Of a DNA stretch of 64,000 nucleotides, positions 55,844-64,000 are shown one piece after another; position 1 is the stretch's first letter, and the number at the start of each line of letters is the position of its first letter. A program made the position numbers and the translations under genes. Below the pieces are notes generated by a model. That model worked only from the letters and a program-made list of their open reading frames with translations. It had not been told where the DNA came from and ran no database searches. The DNA is from Candidatus Multivoradales bacterium (GTDB lineage Bacteria; Acidobacteriota; Thermoanaerobaculia; Multivoradales; Multivoraceae). The stretch is from assembly GCA_965223325.1 (NCBI GenBank), contig CBDCWI010000001.1:1440001-1504000 (forward strand). Direction: 5' to 3'.

Positions 55844-56701
55844 ATGTTGCAGTCCGAGGTTGCACCTCTCCGGCGCGTGTTGATGAAACACGCCCGCGAT
55901 GCGTTCGTTGGTTCCGACCGGGTCGCCGAACAATGGGAGCCGCTTGGCTACCCGGCGCCGCCCGACTACGAGGCAGCGTGCCGCGAGTCAGACGCGCTGG
56001 CGGAGTTATTCGAGAGTCTCGGCACAGAGATCACCTGGATGCCTGCGGCAGACCGTGGGCTCGACTCGATCTATGTTCGCGACGCTTCGATCACAAGTGA
56101 CGCCGGCGCCATTCTCTGCCGCATGGGAAAGGGAGCACGCGCCGCGGAACCGGCGGCGGCCGAGGAACAGTTCGCCGCGCTCGACGTAGAGGTCCTCGGC
56201 GCGATCGAAGAACCGGGCACCCTCGAGGGCGGCGACGTCGCCTGGCTCGATCCGCAGACCCTGGCCGTTGGACTCGGCTACCGAACGAACATCTCCGGCA
56301 TCGAGCAACTCAGCGCTCTCCTCGCGCCCGACGTGGAAGTGATCACGGTTTCCCTGCCCCACTGGAAGGGCGCCGAAGACGTCTTTCACCTGATGTCGAT
56401 GCTGAGTCCGCTGGCGGATGACCTTCTACTGGTCTACTCCCCACTGCTGCCGGTTCCCTTTCGTTCCGACCTCCTGGACGCCGGCTTCGAGCTGGTCGAG
56501 GTGCCCAACGAAGAGTTCGAAATGGGCTGCAACGTTCTGGCGACAGCGCCGCGCGTGGCGGTGGCGCTCGAGGGCTTTCCCGAAACCAGGCGGCGTATGG
56601 AGGATGCGGGCGTCGAGGTCCACACCTACGGGGGCAAGAACATCAGCGCTCTCGGGGCGGGCGGGCCGACATGCTTGACGAGACCGCTCGAGCGCGGTTG
56701 A
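55844..56701 (+). CDS. Amidinotransferase/dimethylarginine dimethylaminohydrolase/arginine deiminase-family protein
   Basis: DS.YVRD, EGGDV, RTN..G, FHLMS, GGPTCLT. Confidence 0.9.
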   Translation: MLQSEVAPLRRVLMKHARDAFVGSDRVAEQWEPLGYPAPPDYEAACRESDALAELFESLGTEITWMPAADRGLDSIYVRDASITSDAGAILCRMGKGARAAEPAAAEEQFAALDVEVLGAIEEPGTLEGGDVAWLDPQTLAVGLGYRTNISGIEQLSALLAPDVEVITVSLPHWKGAEDVFHLMSMLSPLADDLLLVYSPLLPVPFRSDLLDAGFELVEVPNEEFEMGCNVLATAPRVAVALEGFPETRRRMEDAGVEVHTYGGKNISALGAGGPTCLTRPLERG

Positions 56702-59233
56702 TCAGTCGTCGGGAAACTGGCGCGCCGAGATCAGGTTGACGAACAACCGGTAGGCCCCAGGAACGCCGGCCGGCAATTCGCGGAAGAACGAGTAGCCGGT
56801 GTAGATGTAGATACCCTTCCCGTGTTCCGCTACCAGAAGACCGCCGGTGCGATCAGGCTCACCCGGGTCGTGCGATGCGAGCAACGGTTGGTAGCGCTCG
56901 TCCCACTCGTCGGGGAAGTAGAGACCGCGCTCCTGAACCCAGCCCTCGAAGTCGTCCTGGGTGATGCGGTTGGGTGAGGAGAGGACGGGATGGTCGGGAT
57001 CGAGAAGCTCGACCGGCGCGTCTTCGACCGACACGCGATCGCGCGACACACGGAACGGAAAGGGGCCGATGCCGCTGGGGCCTCCACCCCTACGCGATGC
57101 GGTGTTGTACTGCACCACCAGGGTGCCACCGGCCTTGACGTAGTCGAGCAGGCGCTGGTTGTACTGACGCGTCGCGGGGCGCGCGTTGTAGGCCCGGACC
57201 CCGACCGCGATCGCGTCGTAGATGCCCAGGTCGCCAGACGCGAGATCGTCGTCGCTTAAGAGCGTGACCTCGTAGCCCACCTGCCGCAACGCATCTGGCA
57301 CTTCGTCTCCCGCTCCCATCACATAGCCAATGCGCTGGCCGCGCCGGGCCAGCTGCATGCGTACGAGGCGCGCATCAGCCAGCGGCAGGAGAGTCTGTAC
57401 AGGAATGTGACGGTGCTCGATGCGCAGCACCTCGGCGCTGTAGCCTCGGCCACTTCCTTCGGCGAGCGCGGCCACCGCTGTCATCTCGCCTATCGAGGAG
57501 CCCTCTGGCGGCTCGACCTGGAATTCGAGGCGCGCTTCGGTGCCGGGCTCGAGGGCGAACGGTGCGCTCTCGGGCGTCACCATCCAGCCGCTTGGAACCT
57601 GCAGGCGAACGTCGCCACGCGCGGCTTCGCCGATCGTTCCAACCACCACCGACACGCTCCGCGGCTGCCCGTCGCCAAAGACCAACACCGCGTCCTCGAT
57701 GCGCACCGAAACCGGCGGCACGACATCAAACGTTCGATAGAGCTCGCCCTCGACTCGGTCGCTCCAGCGATAGAGCAACGGAACATCGAAGCTGAGCGGC
57801 CTTTTGGCCACCAACAGATCGAAGCGCGCCACATTCGACAACCATTCCGGCCAACCAATCTGTTGCGGATCAGAGACCGCAAAGCGACCGAAGGTGCCCG
57901 GCTCGCGCAGCCAGTACGGTTCAGTTGTCAGAGCGCCCGCAGGCACCCGCACTTCGGTCTCCGAGACCCACGGTTCGTTAAAGGCCAGCGTCTCCCCTAC
58001 TTCGACCGTCTCGGCAAAAGGCAACTCGACCCCTAGAACCTCGACCTCGACGGGCGACCGGTTGACTGCCGTAGCCGTCAAAGTCACCGAACCACCCGCG
58101 GACGCGCTCGCACGATCCGTCGTCACCTCGAGCCAGAGACCCATCGCGCCCCGGATCACCTCGCGAAGCGCTCCTTGCTTGAACTCCAGCCACGCAGATT
58201 TGGTGCCCGAGCGGGCACGCAGCGCGGTCAGGCGTTCGTCTGCCTCGAGCAGCAGGGGGACGATCCCCGAAGGTTCGTTGGGGTCGAACTCATCGAGAGC
58301 CTGCTCGATCACCGTCCCGATGTCTTCTCCACCTCCAATTCGCGCCCACGAGGTGTCGACGCCCTCGAAGAGATCGTCTTTGGACTCATCACCCAGACGA
58401 TGTTCGAGGGTGCTCACCGTGGTGCCACGGCGCCCCTCACTGCCGAACCCCTGGCTCTTATGCATGCTGCGACTCGTGGCTGCAATCTCGGTGAAGGACC
58501 GACCAAGCACCGGGCTGTAGCTGCCCAGGTCGACCGTGATGCCATCGCTGGCCTGTGACCCACCGAAGAAGCGTGACTGATCCCAGAGCAAGCGCTTCGC
58601 CTGCCAGGGCGCCAGCTTTTCGGGCCCTTCGAAGTGCTCGACGAAGCGCGCTGGATCGGCCGCGGCCTCGAACGCTTCGGCCGCTAGCACCGCCGAGGCT
58701 GTGTGTTGCCCATGCCGACCCCGGCCATCGCCCGGGAAGCGCATGATGATCACATCAGGCTGGAAACGGCGTACCACGCGCACGACATCGCCCAGTACGG
58801 CCTCGTGACCCCAGACCTCGAGCGTCTCGTCGACCGACTTGGTGTAGCCGAAGTCGATGGCGCGGGTGAACCACTGCTCTGCGCCGTCGCGATGGCGCGC
58901 CTCGAGCAACTCTTGGGTGCGGATGACCCCCAACTGCTCGGCGAGCTCGGTTCCGATCAGGTTCTGCCCACCGTCGCCACGGGTGATCGAGAGGTACGCC
59001 GCGCGCACCAGCATGCCCTGCGCCAGGTAGGCAAGGAGCGCCGTGTTCTCGTCGTCGGGATGGGCGGCGACGTAGAGCACGCTGCCGAGCATGGTGAGTT
59101 TTTCGAGCTCGAGACGAAGCTCTGCAGCATCAGGGTTGGAAGGCGCAACGACCGCCATCGCCGACGAAGCGAGGAGGGATATTGCGAAGAAAATCGCCAC
59201 CCACAAGCAGTGGAGGGATACCCGGTGGTTCAT
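56702..59233 (-). CDS. Secreted PIG-L/LmbE family deacetylase with C-terminal glutamine-amidotransferase-like domain
   Basis: AHPDDE, TRGDGGQNLIG, RTQELL.AR..DG, HGQH, SRSMHKSQGFG, WVQERGLY; signal peptide. Confidence 0.9.
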   Translation of the reverse strand: MNHRVSLHCLWVAIFFAISLLASSAMAVVAPSNPDAAELRLELEKLTMLGSVLYVAAHPDDENTALLAYLAQGMLVRAAYLSITRGDGGQNLIGTELAEQLGVIRTQELLEARHRDGAEQWFTRAIDFGYTKSVDETLEVWGHEAVLGDVVRVVRRFQPDVIIMRFPGDGRGRHGQHTASAVLAAEAFEAAADPARFVEHFEGPEKLAPWQAKRLLWDQSRFFGGSQASDGITVDLGSYSPVLGRSFTEIAATSRSMHKSQGFGSEGRRGTTVSTLEHRLGDESKDDLFEGVDTSWARIGGGEDIGTVIEQALDEFDPNEPSGIVPLLLEADERLTALRARSGTKSAWLEFKQGALREVIRGAMGLWLEVTTDRASASAGGSVTLTATAVNRSPVEVEVLGVELPFAETVEVGETLAFNEPWVSETEVRVPAGALTTEPYWLREPGTFGRFAVSDPQQIGWPEWLSNVARFDLLVAKRPLSFDVPLLYRWSDRVEGELYRTFDVVPPVSVRIEDAVLVFGDGQPRSVSVVVGTIGEAARGDVRLQVPSGWMVTPESAPFALEPGTEARLEFQVEPPEGSSIGEMTAVAALAEGSGRGYSAEVLRIEHRHIPVQTLLPLADARLVRMQLARRGQRIGYVMGAGDEVPDALRQVGYEVTLLSDDDLASGDLGIYDAIAVGVRAYNARPATRQYNQRLLDYVKAGGTLVVQYNTASRRGGGPSGIGPFPFRVSRDRVSVEDAPVELLDPDHPVLSSPNRITQDDFEGWVQERGLYFPDEWDERYQPLLASHDPGEPDRTGGLLVAEHGKGIYIYTGYSFFRELPAGVPGAYRLFVNLISARQFPDD

Positions 59234-59373
59234 CAGTCGTCTCTCTCGAACGTTTCGCCGAGCCGGTCGTCGGCTCGAACCGGCGACAAGAGTACGCGAT
59301 CCTGGGGCGCCTGGATCTTGGATAGTGACCGCACCCCTGCAGGGATGCGGCCACCCGTTGCTCACGCCCGCCG

Positions 59374-59937
59374 TCAGGCAGCTTCGGTCCAGGGCGGCAG
59401 GAACCCGGCGAACTGCTCGTTGACCTCGACCTGGGCGATATGGTTCGCATAGTTCGTCAAGGTCTTGACCGCAACACCGAGGATCACCTCGAGGACGTCA
59501 CCTTCGTCGAACCCGGCGGCGGCGAAGCGTTCGAGCTCCCCCGCAGCAGGCCGGCCCCGCGTCTGGGCAATGGAGGTTGCAAACTGTCGGAGGGCCTCGA
59601 GGCGCGCGTCAGACAGTGAGCCACCGTTTTGCAGTCGGTCGATCTGCTCGCGCTCGAGCCCCAGACCACTTGCCACCATGCTGTGAGCCGCTGTGCAGTA
59701 CTCGCAACGGTTGTAGACCGAAACCGCGAGCAGGACGACCTGTCGTTCGATCGGGTTGAGTTTCAGATTTGGCCCGTCGTACGAGCCGAGTAGAGCGAGC
59801 AAGCCCTCGAGGGCACCTGGCGAGGTGGCAAAGACTCCGGCCAGGTTGGGAACGAAGCCGTACTTTTCGGCAATCGCTCCAAGCGCATCGCTAGAGGCTG
59901 CCGGGGCGCTTTCGACGGTGTGCGTTTCGAATCTCAT
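59374..59937 (-). CDS. Carboxymuconolactone decarboxylase/AhpD-like protein
   Basis: GFVPNL, ERQVV.LAVS..N.CEYCTAAH, TLTNYANH. Confidence 0.9.
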   Translation of the reverse strand: MRFETHTVESAPAASSDALGAIAEKYGFVPNLAGVFATSPGALEGLLALLGSYDGPNLKLNPIERQVVLLAVSVYNRCEYCTAAHSMVASGLGLEREQIDRLQNGGSLSDARLEALRQFATSIAQTRGRPAAGELERFAAAGFDEGDVLEVILGVAVKTLTNYANHIAQVEVNEQFAGFLPPWTEAA

Positions 59938-59964
59938 GGGTTCTCTTCCTTTCGCTTTCGCTGA

Positions 59965-60022
59965 TATTGGACGATAGTGTCCAGAAGTCGACTATAGGCA
60001 ATTCTGGACACATGTGTCAATA
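59965..60022. promoter_or_regulatory. Two inverted TetR-type operator sites in the divergent intergenic region
   Basis: TATTGGACGATAGTGTCCAGAA (59965) and TTCTGGACACATGTGTCAATA (60002); each has a TGGAC...GTC(C/A)A dyad and they are near reverse complements. Confidence 0.65.
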
Positions 60023-60062
60023 TTGGTGTTCGAAGAACCTGGGAGCAAGACTGGAACAAGCA

Positions 60063-60722
60063 ATGTCTCGAGCTGGCAACAAGGAAGCGGAGCGACCCGA
60101 AGCCCCCGGGCCTGGGCGACCCGCCACCTTCGATCGTGAGGAGGCGGTCGAGAAGGCGATGCATCTTTTGTGGCTGAAGGGGCTGCCGGCGGTCTCGGCG
60201 AGCGAGCTGGCCGATGCCATGGCGATTCAGCGATCGAGCTTCTACAACAGCTTCAAGAGTCGTCAGGCCGTCTTTCGTGAGGCTCTCGACCGTTTCGCGC
60301 GTGAGGCGCCTGACGCTCCACTCGATGATCTGGCACCGGGCGATCGAGCGACCGAGGTCCTGGTGCGCGTCTTTCGGAAGGTAGTTGCCGTACGCGCCGC
60401 CGATCCACTCGGGCGAGGCTGTCTGGTTTGCAGCAGCGTCAACGCCCTGGTTGGGGTAGACGACGAGCTTGGCAGCCTGCTCGCAGAGGCCATTCAGAAG
60501 CGAATCGCCTCGCTCGAGAGGCTGCTGCGACAGGCGGTTTCCCAGGAGGCCCTCCCCCAATCCACCGATCCGAAGACCCGTGCAGTCGAGATCGTCGCCT
60601 TCCTCATGGGACTCAACAGCCTATCCAAGGTCGTTCGCGACGAAGAGACGCTGTGGCGGTCGTGCCGCGGCTTCCTGGCGGGCCTCGGAATCGACGACAA
60701 CACCCTGCAACTCGGCGACTGA
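60063..60722 (+). CDS. TetR/AcrR family regulator (NemR/ComR-like)
   Basis: GRP..FD.E..V..AM..W.KG, SS.YNSF.S, RGCLV. Confidence 0.92.
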   Translation: MSRAGNKEAERPEAPGPGRPATFDREEAVEKAMHLLWLKGLPAVSASELADAMAIQRSSFYNSFKSRQAVFREALDRFAREAPDAPLDDLAPGDRATEVLVRVFRKVVAVRAADPLGRGCLVCSSVNALVGVDDELGSLLAEAIQKRIASLERLLRQAVSQEALPQSTDPKTRAVEIVAFLMGLNSLSKVVRDEETLWRSCRGFLAGLGIDDNTLQLGD

Positions 60723-60896
60723 GACACAGACAGCGGGCGGCCCCACCAGATGGGGGTCCTGGCGCCGTCGACCCATGGCCCAGGTGGTGTTGGTGTTCGA
60801 AGCCGGCACCGTATCGCGGGCTATGAAGCGGCCATCTGAGATCAGGTCGGTCGACGCGAATGGACGGGCCGGGCGGACCGTAGGTGACATGATGGC

Positions 60897-60925
60897 GATA
60901 TCAATATGATATCATTTCGATATCA
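60897..60925. promoter_or_regulatory. Three GATATCA boxes at 11-bp period upstream of the SPFH-RHH operon
   Basis: GATATC at 60897, 60908, 60919. Confidence 0.6.
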
Positions 60926-60952
60926 TAGCCGCCAGAGAATAGGAGACAAGCC

Positions 60953-61900
60953 ATGACGGAAGAAAAGGTCTACAAGCCCATCAAAGGCTGGATCCCGCTT
61001 GCCATCTGCATCGCGCTCATCATCGGGCCGGTCGCATACCTGATTCCCGCTGGCATCCAGGGCGAAGTCAGCCTGCGAGTACTGTTCCTCGTCTGCATTC
61101 CTTGCCTCTTGCTCGCGCTCCTCGGCTTCTTCGGCTTCATGGCGATTCAGCCCAATCAGGCGCGCGTGCTGCTCTTGTTCGGCAACTACCGTGGCTCGGC
61201 GCGCGACTCGGGCTTCTACTGGGTCAACCCCTTTTTCTCGAAGAAGAAAGTTTCGCTGCGCATCCGCAACTTCGAAACCGGCTCGTCTGAAACGGCCGAA
61301 GTCAAAGACTCCGCCGGCAAGGTCCTCAAGGCCAAGGGGCGCACCGCCAGCCGGCCATCGAAGGTCAACGATCGCGACGGCAATCCCGTCGACATCTCGG
61401 CGGTCGTCGTGTGGCGGGTGGTCAACACTGCCGAAGCGATGTTCGAGGTCGACGACTACGAGCACTTCGTCTCGGTGCAGTCGGAAGCGGCGCTGCGCAA
61501 CCTGGCGAGCCGTCACCCCTACGACAGTGAAGACCACGAGGTCTCGCTGCGTGGCAGCACCACCGAGATCGGCGATCAGCTGCGCAGCGACATTCAGGAC
61601 CGGCTCGACAAGGCGGGCGTCGAAGTGATCGAGGCACGCATCAGCCACCTGGCGTATGCCGCTGAAATCGCCGCCGCAATGCTCCAGCGCCAGCAGGCTC
61701 ACGCGGTCGTCGCTGCGCGCACCAAGATCGTCGAAGGCGCGGTGGGCATGGTGCAGATGGCACTCGACCAATTGAAGGAAGAAGACATCGTCGAGCTCGA
61801 CGACGAACGCCGCGCAGCAATGGTGTCGAACCTCCTGGTCGTCCTGTGCAGCGACCGCCACACCCAACCGGTGGTCAACACCGGCACTCTCTACCAATAG
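60953..61900 (+). CDS. SPFH/band 7 domain membrane protein
   Basis: 2 TMs, [57 protein letters not shown]. Confidence 0.93.
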   Translation: MTEEKVYKPIKGWIPLAICIALIIGPVAYLIPAGIQGEVSLRVLFLVCIPCLLLALLGFFGFMAIQPNQARVLLLFGNYRGSARDSGFYWVNPFFSKKKVSLRIRNFETGSSETAEVKDSAGKVLKAKGRTASRPSKVNDRDGNPVDISAVVVWRVVNTAEAMFEVDDYEHFVSVQSEAALRNLASRHPYDSEDHEVSLRGSTTEIGDQLRSDIQDRLDKAGVEVIEARISHLAYAAEIAAAMLQRQQAHAVVAARTKIVEGAVGMVQMALDQLKEEDIVELDDERRAAMVSNLLVVLCSDRHTQPVVNTGTLYQ

Positions 61901-61923
61901 GCATCGCCTGAGGGGCCTCTCCC

Positions 61924-62115
61924 TTGCCTCGCGAGTCGTTTCTTCTGCGCACGGATCCCAAGCTGCTCGACGCCCTCAAGCGTTGGGCAGCTGACGAGCT
62001 GCGGAGCTCCAACGCCCAGCTCGAGTTCGTACTGCGCGACGCACTCAGGAAGGCCGGCCGCCTGCCGCAGGACAGGCCGGCCTCGAAAGGCGACCCGGGT
62101 GCCACTTCAGGGTGA
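61924..62115 (+). CDS. Ribbon-helix-helix (Arc-like) DNA-binding protein
   Basis: FLLR.DP.L.DAL.RWA.DELRS.NAQLEF.LR.AL..AGRL; typical partner of this SPFH family. Confidence 0.85.
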   Translation: MPRESFLLRTDPKLLDALKRWAADELRSSNAQLEFVLRDALRKAGRLPQDRPASKGDPGATSG

Positions 62116-62119
62116 GACG

Positions 62120-62152
62120 GCCCGGGCAATGCCCGGGCAATGGCCGGGCAAT
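62120..62152. repeat. 3 x 11-bp tandem repeat G(C/G)CCGGGCAAT
   Basis: GCCCGGGCAAT GCCCGGGCAAT GGCCGGGCAAT between convergent genes. Confidence 0.7.
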
Positions 62153-62200
62153 CGACTGGGGTGGTTCTGGGAATGTTCGGAAAACTCGGAAGCCCGCCCT

Positions 62201-62971
62201 CTACCGCCCCGGCCATCCGATCGGTTCGTTCTTCTCGCCCTTCTTCTGGAAGGCGTCCGAGCCGGCCTTGCGGTCCTCGGAGTTCATCACCCGGGTCTGC
62301 ACGATATCGGTGATTTGATCGACGGCGTGATAGTCGAGCGAACTGGCCCGCACCATCGACTCCTTCATTCCCTGCACCGCCATCGGGCTCAGCTCGCAGA
62401 TGCGCTCTGCCGCCTTCTCGGCCTCGGCCATCACCTGGTCGGCCGGTACTACCTTGTTTACCATTCCCACCTGATAGGCGCGCTCGGCCGACACACGCTC
62501 GGCCTGGAGGAGTAGCTCCGAGGCGATCGCCCAGGGCATGATGCGCGGAAACCAGCCGCAAGGGATCGTGGCAATCCCCCACTGCGGCTCCGGCAACCAG
62601 AACGACACGTCGTCGGCAGCAATGCGAATGTCGGTATCGAGCGCGATCCACATGCCGTAGCCCACAACGTGGCTGTGCATTGCCGCGATGATCGGTTTGT
62701 AGACACGCTGGGTCTGGGTGATGTCGGGAAACGAAGACGGATAGACGTAGTTCTCGGGCGCACCGCCGGTGAGGTCTGCGCCGGCGCTGAAACAACGCCC
62801 GTTGCCGGAGAGGATCGCAACCCGAAGATTCGGGTCGTCGCGAAAGTCCGCCCATGCTCGCCCGAGATCCTCGTGCATCTGCGCGTTCATCGCGTTGAGC
62901 TTCTTGGGGCGGTTCAGACGCACGTAAGCGACCGCGCCCTTCTTTTCGTATTCGACGGTTTCGAGCTGCAT
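62201..62971 (-). CDS. Enoyl-CoA hydratase/isomerase family protein
   Basis: LNRP.KLNA, FSAGADL, KPIIAA, D.RIA, F.LPE..WG, A..AY..GMVN.VV. Confidence 0.92.
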   Translation of the reverse strand: MQLETVEYEKKGAVAYVRLNRPKKLNAMNAQMHEDLGRAWADFRDDPNLRVAILSGNGRCFSAGADLTGGAPENYVYPSSFPDITQTQRVYKPIIAAMHSHVVGYGMWIALDTDIRIAADDVSFWLPEPQWGIATIPCGWFPRIMPWAIASELLLQAERVSAERAYQVGMVNKVVPADQVMAEAEKAAERICELSPMAVQGMKESMVRASSLDYHAVDQITDIVQTRVMNSEDRKAGSDAFQKKGEKNEPIGWPGR

Positions 62972-63042
62972 TGTCCTCTCCTGGCGTTGGGTGGTGAACT
63001 CCAGCTTACGCCGAGTGGCTCTGGACCCAGGAGAGGACGGTA

Positions 63043-64000
63043 CTACTCGGGCCGTGATGACGACCAGGCGTCGTGACCGCCAGTTTCGAACCCGTCCGAG
63101 AACACCGTCGAGTACGCCAGGAGATGCAGCTCGAAGCCGATCTCAGGTGATGTCATTCCCACCAAGAAACCCTTGGCACTGAGGCCTCCGAGGTAATTAG
63201 GGCTCATCGTTCCGGACAACTCGTAGGTTCCCATGTCGTTGATGCCGACGAGCGGATCATAGGAAAGGAACTGAACGCTCTCGGAGGTGGCGCCTGGCCG
63301 CCTGATGGCGACCAGGCGCTTGCCTTCATACCTGCCTTCCGGTGCGAACCACGGAATCTCTAGTGGATAGGAGCGCATCCCGCAACCCTCGCATGCGTCC
63401 GTCACGCCGACGGTCATTCCCGAGTCGTGCTGATACCGATACAACCGGGAACCTTCGCCGATGTCTGTCCACAGCCAAAGCTGTTCGGGCGATTGGCCTG
63501 CCGCCCAGAGATTGGGGCCGTGGCAAGGGTGCTCCGAGCAGCTCAGTACGAGTCTCGTCCCCACAGCCGTTCCGTCCGAAACATAGACGTTCTTGAACCG
63601 GAAGTAACCGTTTGGCTCAACCAACACCATCAACTCATCACCCAGGTAGTAGCCATACGCGTTCTCGTCCGGGTCGTTCCACTCAAAAAGCGTAGTCGTC
63701 TCTCCCGTCTCCAGGTCCAGGGCATCAAAACGGCTCGTAATGCCATCCCAGAGCCTGGCAACGGCCCAACCATCGAAGACGTGGGTCGTCTCGAGTGGAA
63801 CCTCACCGAGAAACTCATCGAGGAGCGCGAAGTCGGTTCGAAAGAGCCGGCAGTTTCCCTCCGCCGCCTCGGCGGTCGTGCAGTAGTGGCGCGTCGTTTC
63901 CGTTCCCCGAAAGAAGCGGTGAAAGCCGTCGCCCGGCCCCATCCACACCGTCGTGCCAGCAGCCGAACCGTCTCCGTAAATCAGACTAAAGCCGCCCTCT
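63043..64000 (-). CDS. 3' part of a secreted ELWxxDGT-like repeat (beta-propeller) protein ending in an FSDGFETG tag; 5' end outside window
   Basis: Frame open to the window end (EGGFSLIYGDGSAAGTTVW...); VYVSDGTAVGTRLV repeat; C-terminus VFSDGFETGGHDAWSSSRPE. Confidence 0.75.
   Translation of the reverse strand, partial: EGGFSLIYGDGSAAGTTVWMGPGDGFHRFFRGTETTRHYCTTAEAAEGNCRLFRTDFALLDEFLGEVPLETTHVFDGWAVARLWDGITSRFDALDLETGETTTLFEWNDPDENAYGYYLGDELMVLVEPNGYFRFKNVYVSDGTAVGTRLVLSCSEHPCHGPNLWAAGQSPEQLWLWTDIGEGSRLYRYQHDSGMTVGVTDACEGCGMRSYPLEIPWFAPEGRYEGKRLVAIRRPGATSESVQFLSYDPLVGINDMGTYELSGTMSPNYLGGLSAKGFLVGMTSPEIGFELHLLAYSTVFSDGFETGGHDAWSSSRPE

Noticed and set aside
62120-62152. Short direct repeats as a CRISPR remnant
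   Set aside because: 11-bp units with no spacers and no cas genes; no CRISPR array found in the window

Overview
GC-rich bacterial chromosomal window, most consistent with an Acidobacteriota (Thermoanaerobaculia-like) genome. This taxonomic call is inferred from an IPTL-CTERM protein, a protein ending in an FxDGFE tag, and the gene mix. It holds about 50 CDS; I found no rRNA, tRNA or CRISPR array. Housekeeping and envelope genes: srkA, DEAD-box helicase, pabB-pabC fusion, typA, alpha-2-macroglobulin + pbpC, PIG-L deacetylase, SPFH. There are three toxin-antitoxin pairs and two near-identical 165-166 bp CTAG-flanked palindromic MITE-like elements. Highlights: (1) an olsB/olsA-like aminolipid operon followed by a hydrolase-DedA-ATP-grasp triple fusion, a candidate peptidolipid pathway; (2) a convergent 7-gene cluster (GTP cyclohydrolase II-RibD_C fusion, Cys-less PTPS-like protein, GT4, two methyltransferases, CDP-alcohol phosphotransferase, LtaS/sulfatase-like transferase) with no known product; (3) two thioredoxin-fold genes split by in-frame TGA at the catalytic Cys, each followed by a SECIS-like hairpin (probable selenoproteins); (4) a 44-aa ORF absent from the ORF track, with a C-terminal lipobox and strong resemblance to the alpha-2-macroglobulin leader; (5) a membrane-anchored pseudokinase; (6) several operator palindromes. 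All protein-family calls come from motif recognition by eye; no database search was run.
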